Assembly: GCA_050014495.1 (NCBI GenBank)
Contig: JBEKDF010000004.1
Coordinates: 1-64,000, forward strand
From: Candidatus Bathyarchaeia archaeon
GTDB lineage: Archaea; Thermoproteota; Bathyarchaeia; TCS64
Direction: 5' to 3'
DNA length: 64,000 nt
The notes below the pieces were generated by a model. It was not told the DNA's origin, searched no databases, and saw only the letters and a program-made list of their open reading frames with translations. Position numbers and translations under genes: made by a program. Below are positions 29,011 through 38,948 of the stretch, in pieces. Numbering within the stretch: the first letter of the stretch is position 1; the number at the start of each line of letters is the position of its first letter.

Positions 29011-30032
29011 TACTGCTCACCCCTAGCACGTCTACCGATCTCGCGAAGTGCCTCCGTGTACTCGGTGCGCTGCTTCCTGACGAAGACACCTATCTCTTGC
29101 TTTCCCTCGTGGGCGTCGGCTATGCGCTTTACCTCGGGTATCCCGAGCCTCGCCTTAGCTGCCTCGATGTCAGTGGCGTCGACGCGCGCCACCCTACCTA
29201 AGGTGAGATGGTCGACGAGCCGCACCTTACCAGTGTCCCCTATAGCCCTCTCAACTCCTTTAATGGCTGCTTCGGGCTCCCCCACGAGGACTATGTAGAA
29301 GTAGTTTTTCCTCTCCTCCCTGTCTACAATATAGGTGCTCTCGGCGAGCATGTCGAGTAATCTGCTTGGCAGCTCCTGGGCCGGAGCTCGGACGTTGAGT
29401 ATGTTCCTCTGCTGCGTCGGGCACTGGCTAAGGACCTCTATGAAACTGAAGCCTGGGTTCTGCATCGCCTCCTTCATACTCCCGGTTAGCTCCAGGACGT
29501 GGTTCGTGGTCCACTTGGCGACGTACGTGGCGCCCGCCGCCGCGACGAGCTTGGCTATGTCGAAGGGCTGCTCCGGGTTGCCGTAGGGGCTCGTCGAAGT
29601 CTTAGAGTCGTGGAGTGTCGTAGGGGCGATCTGGCCACCCGTCATAGCATAGTTGAAGTTGTTGACAAGTATGCAGGTGAGGCCTATATTTCGGCGCGCT
29701 GCGTGGATGAGGTGGTTACCACCTATCCCCGCACCGTCCCCGTCCCCTGTGAAGACCACAGTCTTCAACGAAGGATTGAACACCTTCGCGCCCGTTGCGA
29801 ATGCAAGTGCCCTCCCATGGGTCGTGTGGAGGGTATCCCCCCTGAAATGCGGGCTCGGGATCCAGCTGCTGCACCCAATCCCCGAGACGCAGAGTATGTC
29901 ATCCACGTTCCAGCCGAGGTCGTCGACGGCTCGGACGAAGCAGTTGAGGATCATACCGTTCCCACAGCCTGGGCAGAATGCTGTCAGGTTGTTGACGATG
30001 TAATCGGCCTTCAGCTGTCCCAGGTTCTTCAT
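29010..30032 (-). CDS. 2-oxoacid:ferredoxin oxidoreductase beta subunit with C-terminal insertion
   Basis: FCPGCG, SGIGCS, HGRA, GDGD, MTGGQ, CPT. Confidence 0.93.
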   Translation of the reverse strand: MKNLGQLKADYIVNNLTAFCPGCGNGMILNCFVRAVDDLGWNVDDILCVSGIGCSSWIPSPHFRGDTLHTTHGRALAFATGAKVFNPSLKTVVFTGDGDGAGIGGNHLIHAARRNIGLTCILVNNFNYAMTGGQIAPTTLHDSKTSTSPYGNPEQPFDIAKLVAAAGATYVAKWTTNHVLELTGSMKEAMQNPGFSFIEVLSQCPTQQRNILNVRAPAQELPSRLLDMLAESTYIVDREERKNYFYIVLVGEPEAAIKGVERAIGDTGKVRLVDHLTLGRVARVDATDIEAAKARLGIPEVKRIADAHEGKQEIGVFVRKQRTEYTEALREIGRRARGEQ

Positions 30033-31159
30033 TGTACGAGCCTCCTAAGTTCCTGGGCTATGTCACCCTGCGTTGGCGTGACACCCCCGAGACGGGTGAG
30101 CGAAGCGATCTTTGTCTGCCCGCAGGCGACACGCTGGACCTCGCGAATTAGTTTCCCCGCGTTCATCTCGACGACGAGAATAGCATCCACTTTACCAGAA
30201 AGGTTCGTGATTTCATCCTCGGGGAATGGCCAGAGAGTCTTGAGCCTTAGCAACCCCGCCTTTATGCCCTCCTCGCGGAGTTTCTTGACGGCCCCATAGC
30301 TAGGACGCGCAGATGCGCCAAAACTGATAACCGCCACTTCGGCATCATCGATGTCGACCTTGGCAACGTCCCTGATCTTAGGCTCGGCTTGCGTAATCTT
30401 CTTCATTATCCTCCTAACCTTGTCAGCATGAACCTTGGGGCTATAGTCGCGAACACCGTTGGGACGGTGGCTGCTCCCAGTGACTTGCAGTCGGTAGCCC
30501 TGACCGAATTTAGGCATCTCTGGGACGAGTGAAGGATCATCCGTCCCGAATGGTGTGACGTTTGGACCTGAGGGTGACTTCCTATTCACAATCTCCACAT
30601 CCTCGGGGACTGTCAACTCCTCTCTGATGTGACCTATCATGCCGTCAGCGAGGAAGTAGACTGGGGTCCTGTACTGCTCGGCTAAGTTAAAGGCGCGGAC
30701 CGTGAGGTCAAACATCTCTTGGGCACTCCAAGGACTTATAGCTATGACCTCATAGTCTCCGTGTGCACCATAGCGGGCCTGGTAGAAGTCCTGCTGGGAC
30801 GCGTCTGTCGACTGACCTGTAGATGGACCACTGCGCTGTACGTCGACTACGACGAGGGGCGTTTCAGTCATGTGGGCGTAACTTAGGTTCTCCTGCATTA
30901 GGCTGAAACCCGGGCCGGAGGTTGCTGTCATGGGCTTTGCCCCCGCCCAGCTGCCTCCGATGCAGGCTGCGATGCTCGCTATCTCATCCTCCATCTGAAG
31001 GAAGTAGCCTCCAACTTTTGGGAGTTCACCGCTCATGTACTCTGTGATCTCGTTGGCGGGAGTAATTGGGTAACCAGCGAATAGTCGGCACCCAACACGT
31101 AGCGTCCCTTCAGCACATGCAATATTTCCAAGGACAAGATGCTTACCCGACTTAAGCAT
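30029..31159 (-). CDS. 2-oxoacid:ferredoxin oxidoreductase alpha subunit
   Basis: GYPITP, QMEDEIAS, TATSGPGFSLMQE, QRSGPSTG, VVEMNAG. Confidence 0.94.
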   Translation of the reverse strand: MLKSGKHLVLGNIACAEGTLRVGCRLFAGYPITPANEITEYMSGELPKVGGYFLQMEDEIASIAACIGGSWAGAKPMTATSGPGFSLMQENLSYAHMTETPLVVVDVQRSGPSTGQSTDASQQDFYQARYGAHGDYEVIAISPWSAQEMFDLTVRAFNLAEQYRTPVYFLADGMIGHIREELTVPEDVEIVNRKSPSGPNVTPFGTDDPSLVPEMPKFGQGYRLQVTGSSHRPNGVRDYSPKVHADKVRRIMKKITQAEPKIRDVAKVDIDDAEVAVISFGASARPSYGAVKKLREEGIKAGLLRLKTLWPFPEDEITNLSGKVDAILVVEMNAGKLIREVQRVACGQTKIASLTRLGGVTPTQGDIAQELRRLVQ

Positions 31160-31391
31160 CGTTCTTTTCCTCCTCGATTGTTATAGCGAAGTCTGGGCAG
31201 TACCTCTCGCACCAGCGGCAGCCAGTGCACTTATCAGCCCCTTCAGGTAGAGAACCACCGAGGAGCGTCCTCCTCTGTCCATATTTGAGGTTTTTACCTC
31301 CCTTCGTTTCGCAAATATGAACACAGATACCGCAGCCCTTGCAGGTCGTCTCATCCACTGTCACCTTGAACTTCTTAGCCAACGGTTTCAC
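31152..31391 (-). CDS. 2-oxoacid oxidoreductase delta (2x4Fe-4S) subunit
   Basis: CKGCGICVHIC and CTGCRWCERYCPDFAI. Confidence 0.9.
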   Translation of the reverse strand: MKPLAKKFKVTVDETTCKGCGICVHICETKGGKNLKYGQRRTLLGGSLPEGADKCTGCRWCERYCPDFAITIEEEKNDA

Positions 31392-31503
31392 TCCGGTCTA
31401 ATCAAGTGAACTTATCTCGCCTCGTGTTTTAAGATAACGGCTCGATGGGAGAAGCTATCTCCGTGATCATTCGTACTAGACTTGACTCGATTTGGGTGAT
31501 GGA

Positions 31504-32407
31504 ATGCTACACGTAGGCGTTGCAAAGTTTATTCACGACGGAAACTTCGCAAGGAAGGAGTTCGATGAGGGTCCCGACATCATGGAAAGGAGCGGCCTCT
31601 ACAATCTCCTTGAGAGTCTAGGCGTCGAGGTCACCGAGACTAAGACTGCGAGACTCACACCAGAGGAGGAGAAGCAGTATGGGACGGTTAACCGACTCGG
31701 ATTAGCGGGTCGCCACATGGCGGAGATTATATCCGCGCAGATTAAGAGGGCGATTTCAACCTCTCTCTCCTCTCTAACTGCGTAGGACTCACAGGAATGC
31801 TGGCGGGGGCACAACGAGCAGGCCCCGATTGGAAACCTCTGCGGGTAGGTTTAGTCTACTTCGATGCCCATGGGGACATAAACACCCCAGAGACGAGTCT
31901 CAGCATGATGATGGGTGGAATACCAGTAGCCGTTGGCTGCGGGTTATGCCTACACCGCTTGAGGAGGCAGAGTGGGCTAGAGGTTCCACTCCCCACACGC
32001 TACGTAGTACTCGCAGGTGTGCGCGATATCGACCCCCTAGAGCAGGAGATAATCGACAGCAGTGACATCGAGCACATCACTATCGAGGACATCCGGATGC
32101 TCGGCCCAAACGTAACAGCGCAGATGGACCGGCTCTCACGGATCACAGACATCATATATGTCCATGTCGATACAGACATCCTCAGTGCTGAAGAGGTCCC
32201 TGGCCACACAACGCCGGTACCGGATGGGTGTAACAGTGACCAGCTCTCCGCCACACTCGAGATCATGTTCAGGTATCCTAAGGCAGCCTCCTTCGGCATC
32301 GCTAGTCTCCCCACGAAGGGCGACCCAGACGGCGTGCGTTGAAGGCAATGTACAAGAGGGTAGAGGGAGTCATCAAGGGTGTAGATAGTCGCTCCCGCAG
32401 AGCTTAG
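31504..32407 (+). pseudogene. arginase-family protein, frameshifted
   Basis: FDAHGDINTPE, GVRDID..E, YVHVDTDIL; shifts near 31748 and 32337. Confidence 0.75.
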
Positions 32408-32904
32408 ACTTGAATTATTACACTCTCTGCCTTCTTGCCACTAAAGTAATCGATGTCAATCCTACCGATGAGGATCCGCTCGGTTGAGTGAGGTGTTATC
32501 TGCTCCTCAATTATCTTATCAGGATCCTTGTCGAGATGTCTGATCATCAAGCGCAGGGCGTATGCCTTCTCCTCCTTATCCTCGACGAATGTGACCCTGC
32601 CATGAAACTGGGCTGTCTTGTAGAGGTGGTCACAGCTTCCCTGCTGATATCCGTTGTCTATCATGACTTGGCCCCAGACACGCGGATTCGTCTTTAGAAT
32701 ATCGACCTTCTTTCCTTCCCGCGCGGAATGGAAATAAATTCTATTCTTTTCCTCATCATAGCCGTGACTCAGGGTTGCGAGGTAGGGTTCTTCGTGGAGG
32801 CTCATAGCGATTGTTACATATTTTGCCTCTCGGAGTATTGCCTTAACCTCGATCTCGTTTGTGATCGCCTTATCTTTGCGCCTCATTTGGTGCATTTCGG
32901 ACAC
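32404..32904 (-). CDS. pyridoxamine 5'-phosphate oxidase-like (NimA) flavin-binding protein
   Basis: MRRKDK, IYFHSAREGKK...NPRV, SGK. Confidence 0.88.
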   Translation of the reverse strand: MSEMHQMRRKDKAITNEIEVKAILREAKYVTIAMSLHEEPYLATLSHGYDEEKNRIYFHSAREGKKVDILKTNPRVWGQVMIDNGYQQGSCDHLYKTAQFHGRVTFVEDKEEKAYALRLMIRHLDKDPDKIIEEQITPHSTERILIGRIDIDYFSGKKAESVIIQV

Positions 32905-32908
32905 CTTT

Positions 32909-33625
32909 TTAGAGTTTAACGGGTTTCGGGGGGTTCGGATAGGTGTATCTGCTCTGTGTGAGACCTAACTCGATAAGCATCTCCGCTAATCTGATTGAGG
33001 TCCTCCCGGGATGCACTAGCGTCGCCCCCGGGTATGATTCCTTCAATTCTTTTGTGAGTCTATCCACATGATTGTTGAGGGCCATACAGCCGAAGCATAC
33101 GGCATCTGCCCCGTCATCAATTGACTCAATGACTGTTTCCTTTACAGCATCGTAGCTCTCCGGCTTTCCAAGTTCTAGTACAGGGATATCGACGCTATAG
33201 ACGCCTATACACTTCTCCTCTAATCTATAATCTCTAATCTGACGCCATGCGAGCTGCTCCACCTCTGGGAGCTGCACTATGAGACTGAAGTAGTCGGCAA
33301 GGAAGGATGCGATGTGCATCGAGACACTTCCTGGCCCAAGTACGGGTATATTCACTAAGCTCCGAGCCGAGAGAAGGGACGGGTCATGGCCCCCCCAGAT
33401 CAATACTGCATCTGCACCGTCTTCCTCCGATTTAACAACACGCTCAAGTATACCGGGAGCCGCCAGCTCCATCTCCGCTAATGAATCAACTGATGGCGGC
33501 GGATTCCTTGTCATTACTAGATTAATCTCTGTACCCGGTGAGGCGTAGCTCTTTAGAATCTCGATCCTGCTCTTCAGGTCAGTCTCCGGTAGACCACCTA
33601 TTAGCATTACGACATCAATACGCAA
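32909..33625 (-). CDS. Asp/Glu/hydantoin racemase family protein
   Basis: ASPGT, GADAV..GHDP.L..AR, GADAVCFGCM, YP.PP. Confidence 0.82.
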   Translation of the reverse strand: MRIDVVMLIGGLPETDLKSRIEILKSYASPGTEINLVMTRNPPPSVDSLAEMELAAPGILERVVKSEEDGADAVLIWGGHDPSLLSARSLVNIPVLGPGSVSMHIASFLADYFSLIVQLPEVEQLAWRQIRDYRLEEKCIGVYSVDIPVLELGKPESYDAVKETVIESIDDGADAVCFGCMALNNHVDRLTKELKESYPGATLVHPGRTSIRLAEMLIELGLTQSRYTYPNPPKPVKL

Positions 33626-33689
33626 ACGAATCACTAACATTAGAGGCCTGGTTTGAGAATAAAAGGCCCTGAATAGAATCATCCCGGAG

Positions 33690-34643
33690 TCAGTTACTCA
33701 TGATCTTCTTTAGTACGAGATTTGCGACAGATGAATCCTGTATGGCGATGCCAACGCTCTTGAATACGGTGAGACCATCCGTGGGGGTCCTGCCTTGTTT
33801 TTCGCCAGTAACTATCTCACCGAGTTCGGCGTATATGTGAGCCTCCTTTATCACGCCTTCCTTGATTGGGATGAGAATGTCACCAGACTCTAGCCTTATT
33901 GCCTCCCACTCGTCGATGACGACTTTGGCATCCTTTATTATACGCGTCTCAAGCTCCCTCCAGTCAGGGTAGAAGGCACCTATCGCGGAGATGTGCACCT
34001 TGTCAGCGAGCCAAGCACGCTTAATGACGGGGGTCTTTGATGTCGTAGCAGTGAGGATTATGTCAGCACCCTTACATGCCTCCTCTCCACTCACAGACTT
34101 GGTGATCGGTATACCTAGCTTACTCTCCATATCCTCAGCGAACCTGTCTACAACGGATTTAATTGGGTCGTAGACCCTTATCTCATCGAGTTTTCGCACA
34201 GTTGCCGCTGCCCAAACTTGGTTCCTTGCCTGTACTCCAGCGCCGAAGACCGTAGCAATCCTCGCATCTCTAGGGGCAAGATACTTCACCGCGACCCCAG
34301 AAACCGCGCCTGTCCTGACCCCAGTTAGATACGTAGCATCCATGAATGCCCTGACCTGCCCTGTTTCCGGGTCATTCACGACTATCCATGCAGCAGTCGT
34401 GGGTAATCCCTTCCTCGGGTTATCCGGGTAGATGCTAATTATCTTCGTCGCTTGCGCCTTAGATTCCTCGAGATAGGATGGCATAAAGCTGATGCTTCCA
34501 TTGTATTCTTGGAGCATTATTGTATTCCTTGTAGGCATCACTACGTTTCCACGTTGAAGCTGGGCAAATGCTCCCTCTACTGCCTCAATAGCCTCCCCCA
34601 TCGTCAGTAAGCCAGCGATGTCACCATCGCTCAGAATGAACAT
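33690..34643 (-). CDS. ornithine cyclodeaminase/mu-crystallin (alanine dehydrogenase) family
   Basis: FMPSY, LTGVRTGA, GAGVQA, FKSVGIAIQD. Confidence 0.92.
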   Translation of the reverse strand: MFILSDGDIAGLLTMGEAIEAVEGAFAQLQRGNVVMPTRNTIMLQEYNGSISFMPSYLEESKAQATKIISIYPDNPRKGLPTTAAWIVVNDPETGQVRAFMDATYLTGVRTGAVSGVAVKYLAPRDARIATVFGAGVQARNQVWAAATVRKLDEIRVYDPIKSVVDRFAEDMESKLGIPITKSVSGEEACKGADIILTATTSKTPVIKRAWLADKVHISAIGAFYPDWRELETRIIKDAKVVIDEWEAIRLESGDILIPIKEGVIKEAHIYAELGEIVTGEKQGRTPTDGLTVFKSVGIAIQDSSVANLVLKKIMSN

Positions 34644-34804
34644 GGGTAACTCACCGCGTCCACCCAATTAAAAACATGAGTGAAATAACTATCAAAAAGA
34701 AATTATGATAGAACGAAAAATATACCAAGAAAACTATGTACCCGAAAAATTATCTTTAAAATATGACTCGATTTTATGTTCTGATTCGGGTGCGATAAAG
34801 GTTC

Positions 34805-35905
34805 CTAGAGTTTGCTCGTGAAGCTATTGACGCGCTCCACGACATCCCTCAGAACTGGTATCGGTGCCGTCATCGGCACTCTGATGAAACCCTCCTGCTT
34901 CGTACCGAAGGCTGAGCCGCTGCTTAGCGATACATTCTCTGCCTTCTCCAGTTTCTCGATGAAGTCATCGCTCTTTAAGCCATACTTCCGGGCGTCGAAC
35001 CATGCGTAGAAGGCACCCTCGAACTTGTGGCAGGGCATACCCATATCATCGATCGCCTTTGTGAAGTAGTCGCGGCGAGCGGAGTACTCCTTCCTCCTCT
35101 CATCGACATATTTGAAGTCGCCTCGTAAGCACGCGACTCCAGCTGGGTAGATGAAGGTCGCCGGCCTAGGCGCTGTGACCCTCGCAACCGTCTGTGCCTT
35201 CTCAAGGTACTTGTCCGGCACAATGACGTACCCAAGCCTCCAGCCCGTCATGCTGAATGTCTTGCTGAAGCTCATGATGTTAATTGTTCTCTCGCGGAGG
35301 TCACCTATGGTGCTCGGGGCGATGAACTTATTGTTGTCATAGACGTAGTGAAGGTAGATCTCGTCGCTGAAGATAGCGAGGTCGTGGTCCTCTGCGAGAT
35401 CGCCAACTGCCTCAATCTCCTTCTTCGTGTAAACTGAACCCGTTGGGTTGTTAGGGTTGCAGACTAGGACCGCCTTCGTCTTCTTCGTGACATAGTTTGA
35501 TAGTTTGTCAAGGTCCATGTGATACTTATTCTCTCTGCGTAGCTCGGGTATCTGCATCTTAATACCCATGTCCTTGAGCATGACGTAGTGGTTGCTGTAG
35601 CTGGGCTCCCAGAGAATGATCTCGTCTCCCTCCTTGAGGACAGATGCCATCGCTATGTATAGGGCCGCGCTGCTACCTGCTACTGGTATGACCTGCGATT
35701 CCTTGTACTCGGGGCCGATCCACTTCTTGTAGTAGTCTACGACCGCGTCGCGGAACTGCTTAGGAATTTCATTACCACCATAGTGAGTCCAGTTGCCCCC
35801 CTTCTTTATCGCGTCCTGAGCCGCCTCGATGGCGTACTTTGGAGCCTCAACATCAGGGTCCCCGGCGTTCAACTTCACATAAGGCTTGCTCGGCATTTCA
35901 AGCAC
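34805..35905 (-). CDS. class I/II PLP aminotransferase
   Basis: GDPD, NPNNPTG, SDEIY, SFSKTFSMTGWRLGY. Confidence 0.94.
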   Translation of the reverse strand: MLEMPSKPYVKLNAGDPDVEAPKYAIEAAQDAIKKGGNWTHYGGNEIPKQFRDAVVDYYKKWIGPEYKESQVIPVAGSSAALYIAMASVLKEGDEIILWEPSYSNHYVMLKDMGIKMQIPELRRENKYHMDLDKLSNYVTKKTKAVLVCNPNNPTGSVYTKKEIEAVGDLAEDHDLAIFSDEIYLHYVYDNNKFIAPSTIGDLRERTINIMSFSKTFSMTGWRLGYVIVPDKYLEKAQTVARVTAPRPATFIYPAGVACLRGDFKYVDERRKEYSARRDYFTKAIDDMGMPCHKFEGAFYAWFDARKYGLKSDDFIEKLEKAENVSLSSGSAFGTKQEGFIRVPMTAPIPVLRDVVERVNSFTSKL

Positions 35906-36155
35906 CTTTCACTAGAAGGCGTCGAGAAGGGTATTTAACACTAGTCGATAATGGATAAGACAAAATCGGACACGCGTTACTTATAACCATCTGTCTGGGA
36001 GAGAAAGTAAGCCTCCTCGAGAAAGAAGTAAAATTCACTCACCTTATTTCCATAAAGAAGCGGGGTTACACCCTTAACTCGCGAAGACAACCGCATGTCT
36101 TATGAAATCCGTTTAGCCGCGTCATTTGTCGTTGCCGATGTAAAATTTACTAGCA

Positions 36156-36164
36156 GCGCGCGCG
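36156..36164. repeat. (GC)n tract, 9 bp
   Basis: GCGCGCGCG, intergenic. Confidence 0.9.
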
Positions 36165-36226
36165 ACTACAAGGCGTTGCCTAGGTCACTTCATAGATACT
36201 TCGAGAAGCCGACGCAGGAAGAGGAA

Positions 36227-37108
36227 CTAGCCAAGTAGGTTCTGTAGATAGTCCCCTATCTTCTTTTGTACGGGTATGCCGGTTGCTTCAATAAGTGCCT
36301 TATAACCTGGGTAACAATTTGCTTCGAGGACATATGGTTTACCGTCCTCACCAGGCAGGATGTCCACTCCACATATCTTTAGCCCAGTTGCTTCTGCGAC
36401 CTCTATGGAGAGTTCATCGTAGATCGTGTCATTGAACACTTCCGCGGAACCCCCAACAGCGACGTTGTAGCGGAAATCCTCATTGTTGAACCTTCTCTCT
36501 CTTCCTACCACCTCATCATCTACGATGAGACATCGGACATCATAGCCAAGGTTTGGTACGAACTCCTGGAGGTAGTAGACACCCTGGGCGTGCTCCCTTG
36601 TGTACCAGACTAGAAATTGGAGTAGATCATCCCGCCTCCTTATACCGCTAAGCTTAGTGACTCCTATCCCCCTCGCACCACAGGTGGGCTTGAGGACAAC
36701 TTCTTTTTCCCTCTCGATGAGGTCGTGGGCGAAGGCGTACGCCTCTTCGACATTTTCCGTGGCAATTGTCTTGGGATGAGGCAGACCTAACTTGACTAAT
36801 CTCATTGTTAGCTGCTCCTTAGAATATTGGAGCATCGATTCTACCGGGTTTACCACGATTGCCTTCTTCTCTAATTCACGAAGAATCAGCAGTCTATGAG
36901 TAAGTTCGTATGTGCTCCCACGGTGAAGCATGTTGCTGGGTGCGTAGACGACTTCGGCGTCGAGATCGGGTAGGTTTGGCAGGCTGAAGTCCCAAGGTGC
37001 CATTGAGCGTACTTTAAGCCCTCTCCCTCTGAGCTCCTCTGTGACGAGTTTTACCTCCTGAACTCCAGGATTATCCGTGAATATGAGTATGCTCAAACCG
37101 GCAGCCAA
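36227..37108 (-). CDS. RimK-family ATP-grasp ligase
   Basis: PKT, VLKP..G.RGIGV, YLQEF, DVR, GVDIL, VLEAN. Confidence 0.88.
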   Translation of the reverse strand: MAAGLSILIFTDNPGVQEVKLVTEELRGRGLKVRSMAPWDFSLPNLPDLDAEVVYAPSNMLHRGSTYELTHRLLILRELEKKAIVVNPVESMLQYSKEQLTMRLVKLGLPHPKTIATENVEEAYAFAHDLIEREKEVVLKPTCGARGIGVTKLSGIRRRDDLLQFLVWYTREHAQGVYYLQEFVPNLGYDVRCLIVDDEVVGRERRFNNEDFRYNVAVGGSAEVFNDTIYDELSIEVAEATGLKICGVDILPGEDGKPYVLEANCYPGYKALIEATGIPVQKKIGDYLQNLLG

Positions 37109-37190
37109 ATAGGGTTGAGGTGCTTCACTTAAATTCCTTTTTAGAATAACTCAGTTATTGTTCCTTCTGCGATAATCCTGGAACGAAATT

Positions 37191-37292
37191 TATATAGATT
37201 ATATAGATTATGTAGGAGTATATTTTCTATGAAAGGAAATTATAAAGCTGATCGATTAGATTCGATCCTAATATCCCTTACATAACTATATA
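37191..37292 (+). promoter_or_regulatory. ABC-operon promoter with tandem and inverted TATATAG repeats
   Basis: TATATAGAT x2 + TATGTAG at 37191-37215, BRE/TATA-like GAAAGGAAATTATAAA at 37231, inverted copy at 37279-37292. Confidence 0.5.
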
Positions 37293-37306
37293 CTGGAGTA
37301 GAGAAA

Positions 37307-38947
37307 ATGGCGAATCGGCTACTTGACTCAATTATGGTGAGACTCGACAAGCTGTCTTCTCACCGCGAGTCAAAGAGAGCGGTGTATATCATCGCTGTAG
37401 TCTTCCTAGTTTTCTTCATTCTGCTTCCTCCAATCCTCGGCATAACATTCGAATTAGATCTGGTCGGGCAGGTCTTCTCTAATAATGACCTTCTACTGCG
37501 AGCAGAAGCCTCGATATTCTGGTCATTCGCTATCGCGTTATCCGTGGCGACGTTAGACCTCTTAGCTGGCCTCCCCTTCGCTTGGTATATCGCTAGGAGT
37601 AAATCACGCTGGATTAATATATTGGATGCCCTTGCGGACATACCGTTCGTCATCCCGACGGTTGCACTGGGTTTTTCGACGCTGCTCTTCTGGGGTAACA
37701 CAGGACCAATCAGCGTCCTTGGGGTCTCTTTGGCTCCTGGGTTGATCCTTGTACTTTTACTCCACTTCACATTCTCCTTCCCGGTAGTTGTTAGGGTAAT
37801 GGTCGGTGAACTACTCGCGTACAACACTATCTATGAGACAGCGGCGAAGACCCTCGGGGCTCGCACGTTCACGATAGCGAGAACCGTGACCCTCCCCCTC
37901 CTCAGACCTGGATTAATAGCGGCGTTCTTACTGGCCTTCGCTAGGTCACTATCTGAAACCGGTGCAACAGTGATAGTGGCTGGTGGCTTCGAGAACGGTC
38001 CTGTCTTCATAAACAATGCCAAGAACGCTGGCCTCCAGGGTCCTATGGTCCTCGTAAGCTTCACACTCATAATATCATCTGTTACAGTCTTCGCTCTCAT
38101 CCGTCTGCTCGGTAATAGGCTGAAGATTCCGATAAACAGGGTCTATCCAAGTCCAGAAGCAAGGTTGAGCTCTGGTAGGAGCGTAAATATGAGAAACGGG
38201 CTAACCTTCTTCATCTTCGGTTTCTTCGTCCTTATCCCAGCGATCTACATCACATTCCCTACATTCACCGCGTTGACGGATGGGACGCTTCAGAGAGCGA
38301 TCTCTGGAGTAGGAGTCTGGTCCAGTTATTGGCAGTCGATGACATTCTCCTACACTATAAGCGTGCTTGTAACGTTGATTAACATAGGCTTAGGGCTACC
38401 CGTTGCCATTCTCATCGCAAGGAAGAGGCTTGGTAGGCTCTGGACGACCCTACTCGACGCCATTGTGAACGTCCCGATAGTCGTGCCTAGCGTAGCACTG
38501 GGCGTATCTCTCGGAATATTCTGGCGCTCCTTTGGTTTCCTACCAGAATTCTGGATACTCGTCTTTGCCCAGATGACAATTACATACACTTACTTTGTTC
38601 AGGCGATGGCCGCTGCGATAGAAGGAATACCTTTAGAGATGGAGGAAACAGCGAGAACTCTAGGCAGCAGGCCCTTTCATGTCTTCAGGAAAATCATTGT
38701 TCCGCTCACAAAGTATAGCTTCCTATCCGGAGCGATACTCGTCTTCACGAGAAGCCTCAACGAGACTGGCGCTGCGACCGCGGTCTCCCAGACCCTGAAG
38801 ACCTCTCCGGTGCTCTTGGTCTCCTGGATCAAGCACCAGGTGCCAGCAACACAGTCAGATATCGCATTGGGAATCGCATTCTTAGTCTTGATTTCCTTTG
38901 CCTCTCTATTAGCGCTTAGGCTCATAGTATATAGGGGGAAGAAGTGA
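37307..38947 (+). CDS. ABC importer permease with duplicated TMD (FbpB/ThiP-like)
   Basis: about 12 TM; two EAA-type loops (ETAAKTLGA, EETARTLGS). Confidence 0.9.
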   Translation: MANRLLDSIMVRLDKLSSHRESKRAVYIIAVVFLVFFILLPPILGITFELDLVGQVFSNNDLLLRAEASIFWSFAIALSVATLDLLAGLPFAWYIARSKSRWINILDALADIPFVIPTVALGFSTLLFWGNTGPISVLGVSLAPGLILVLLLHFTFSFPVVVRVMVGELLAYNTIYETAAKTLGARTFTIARTVTLPLLRPGLIAAFLLAFARSLSETGATVIVAGGFENGPVFINNAKNAGLQGPMVLVSFTLIISSVTVFALIRLLGNRLKIPINRVYPSPEARLSSGRSVNMRNGLTFFIFGFFVLIPAIYITFPTFTALTDGTLQRAISGVGVWSSYWQSMTFSYTISVLVTLINIGLGLPVAILIARKRLGRLWTTLLDAIVNVPIVVPSVALGVSLGIFWRSFGFLPEFWILVFAQMTITYTYFVQAMAAAIEGIPLEMEETARTLGSRPFHVFRKIIVPLTKYSFLSGAILVFTRSLNETGAATAVSQTLKTSPVLLVSWIKHQVPATQSDIALGIAFLVLISFASLLALRLIVYRGKK

Positions 38948-38948
38948 G

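Noticed and set aside
29499..30299. 266-aa plus-strand ORF and other long antisense ORFs (20099-20737, 21903-22610, 42334-42954, 44492-45058)
   Set aside because: They overlap well-supported genes on the opposite strand and show no motifs.
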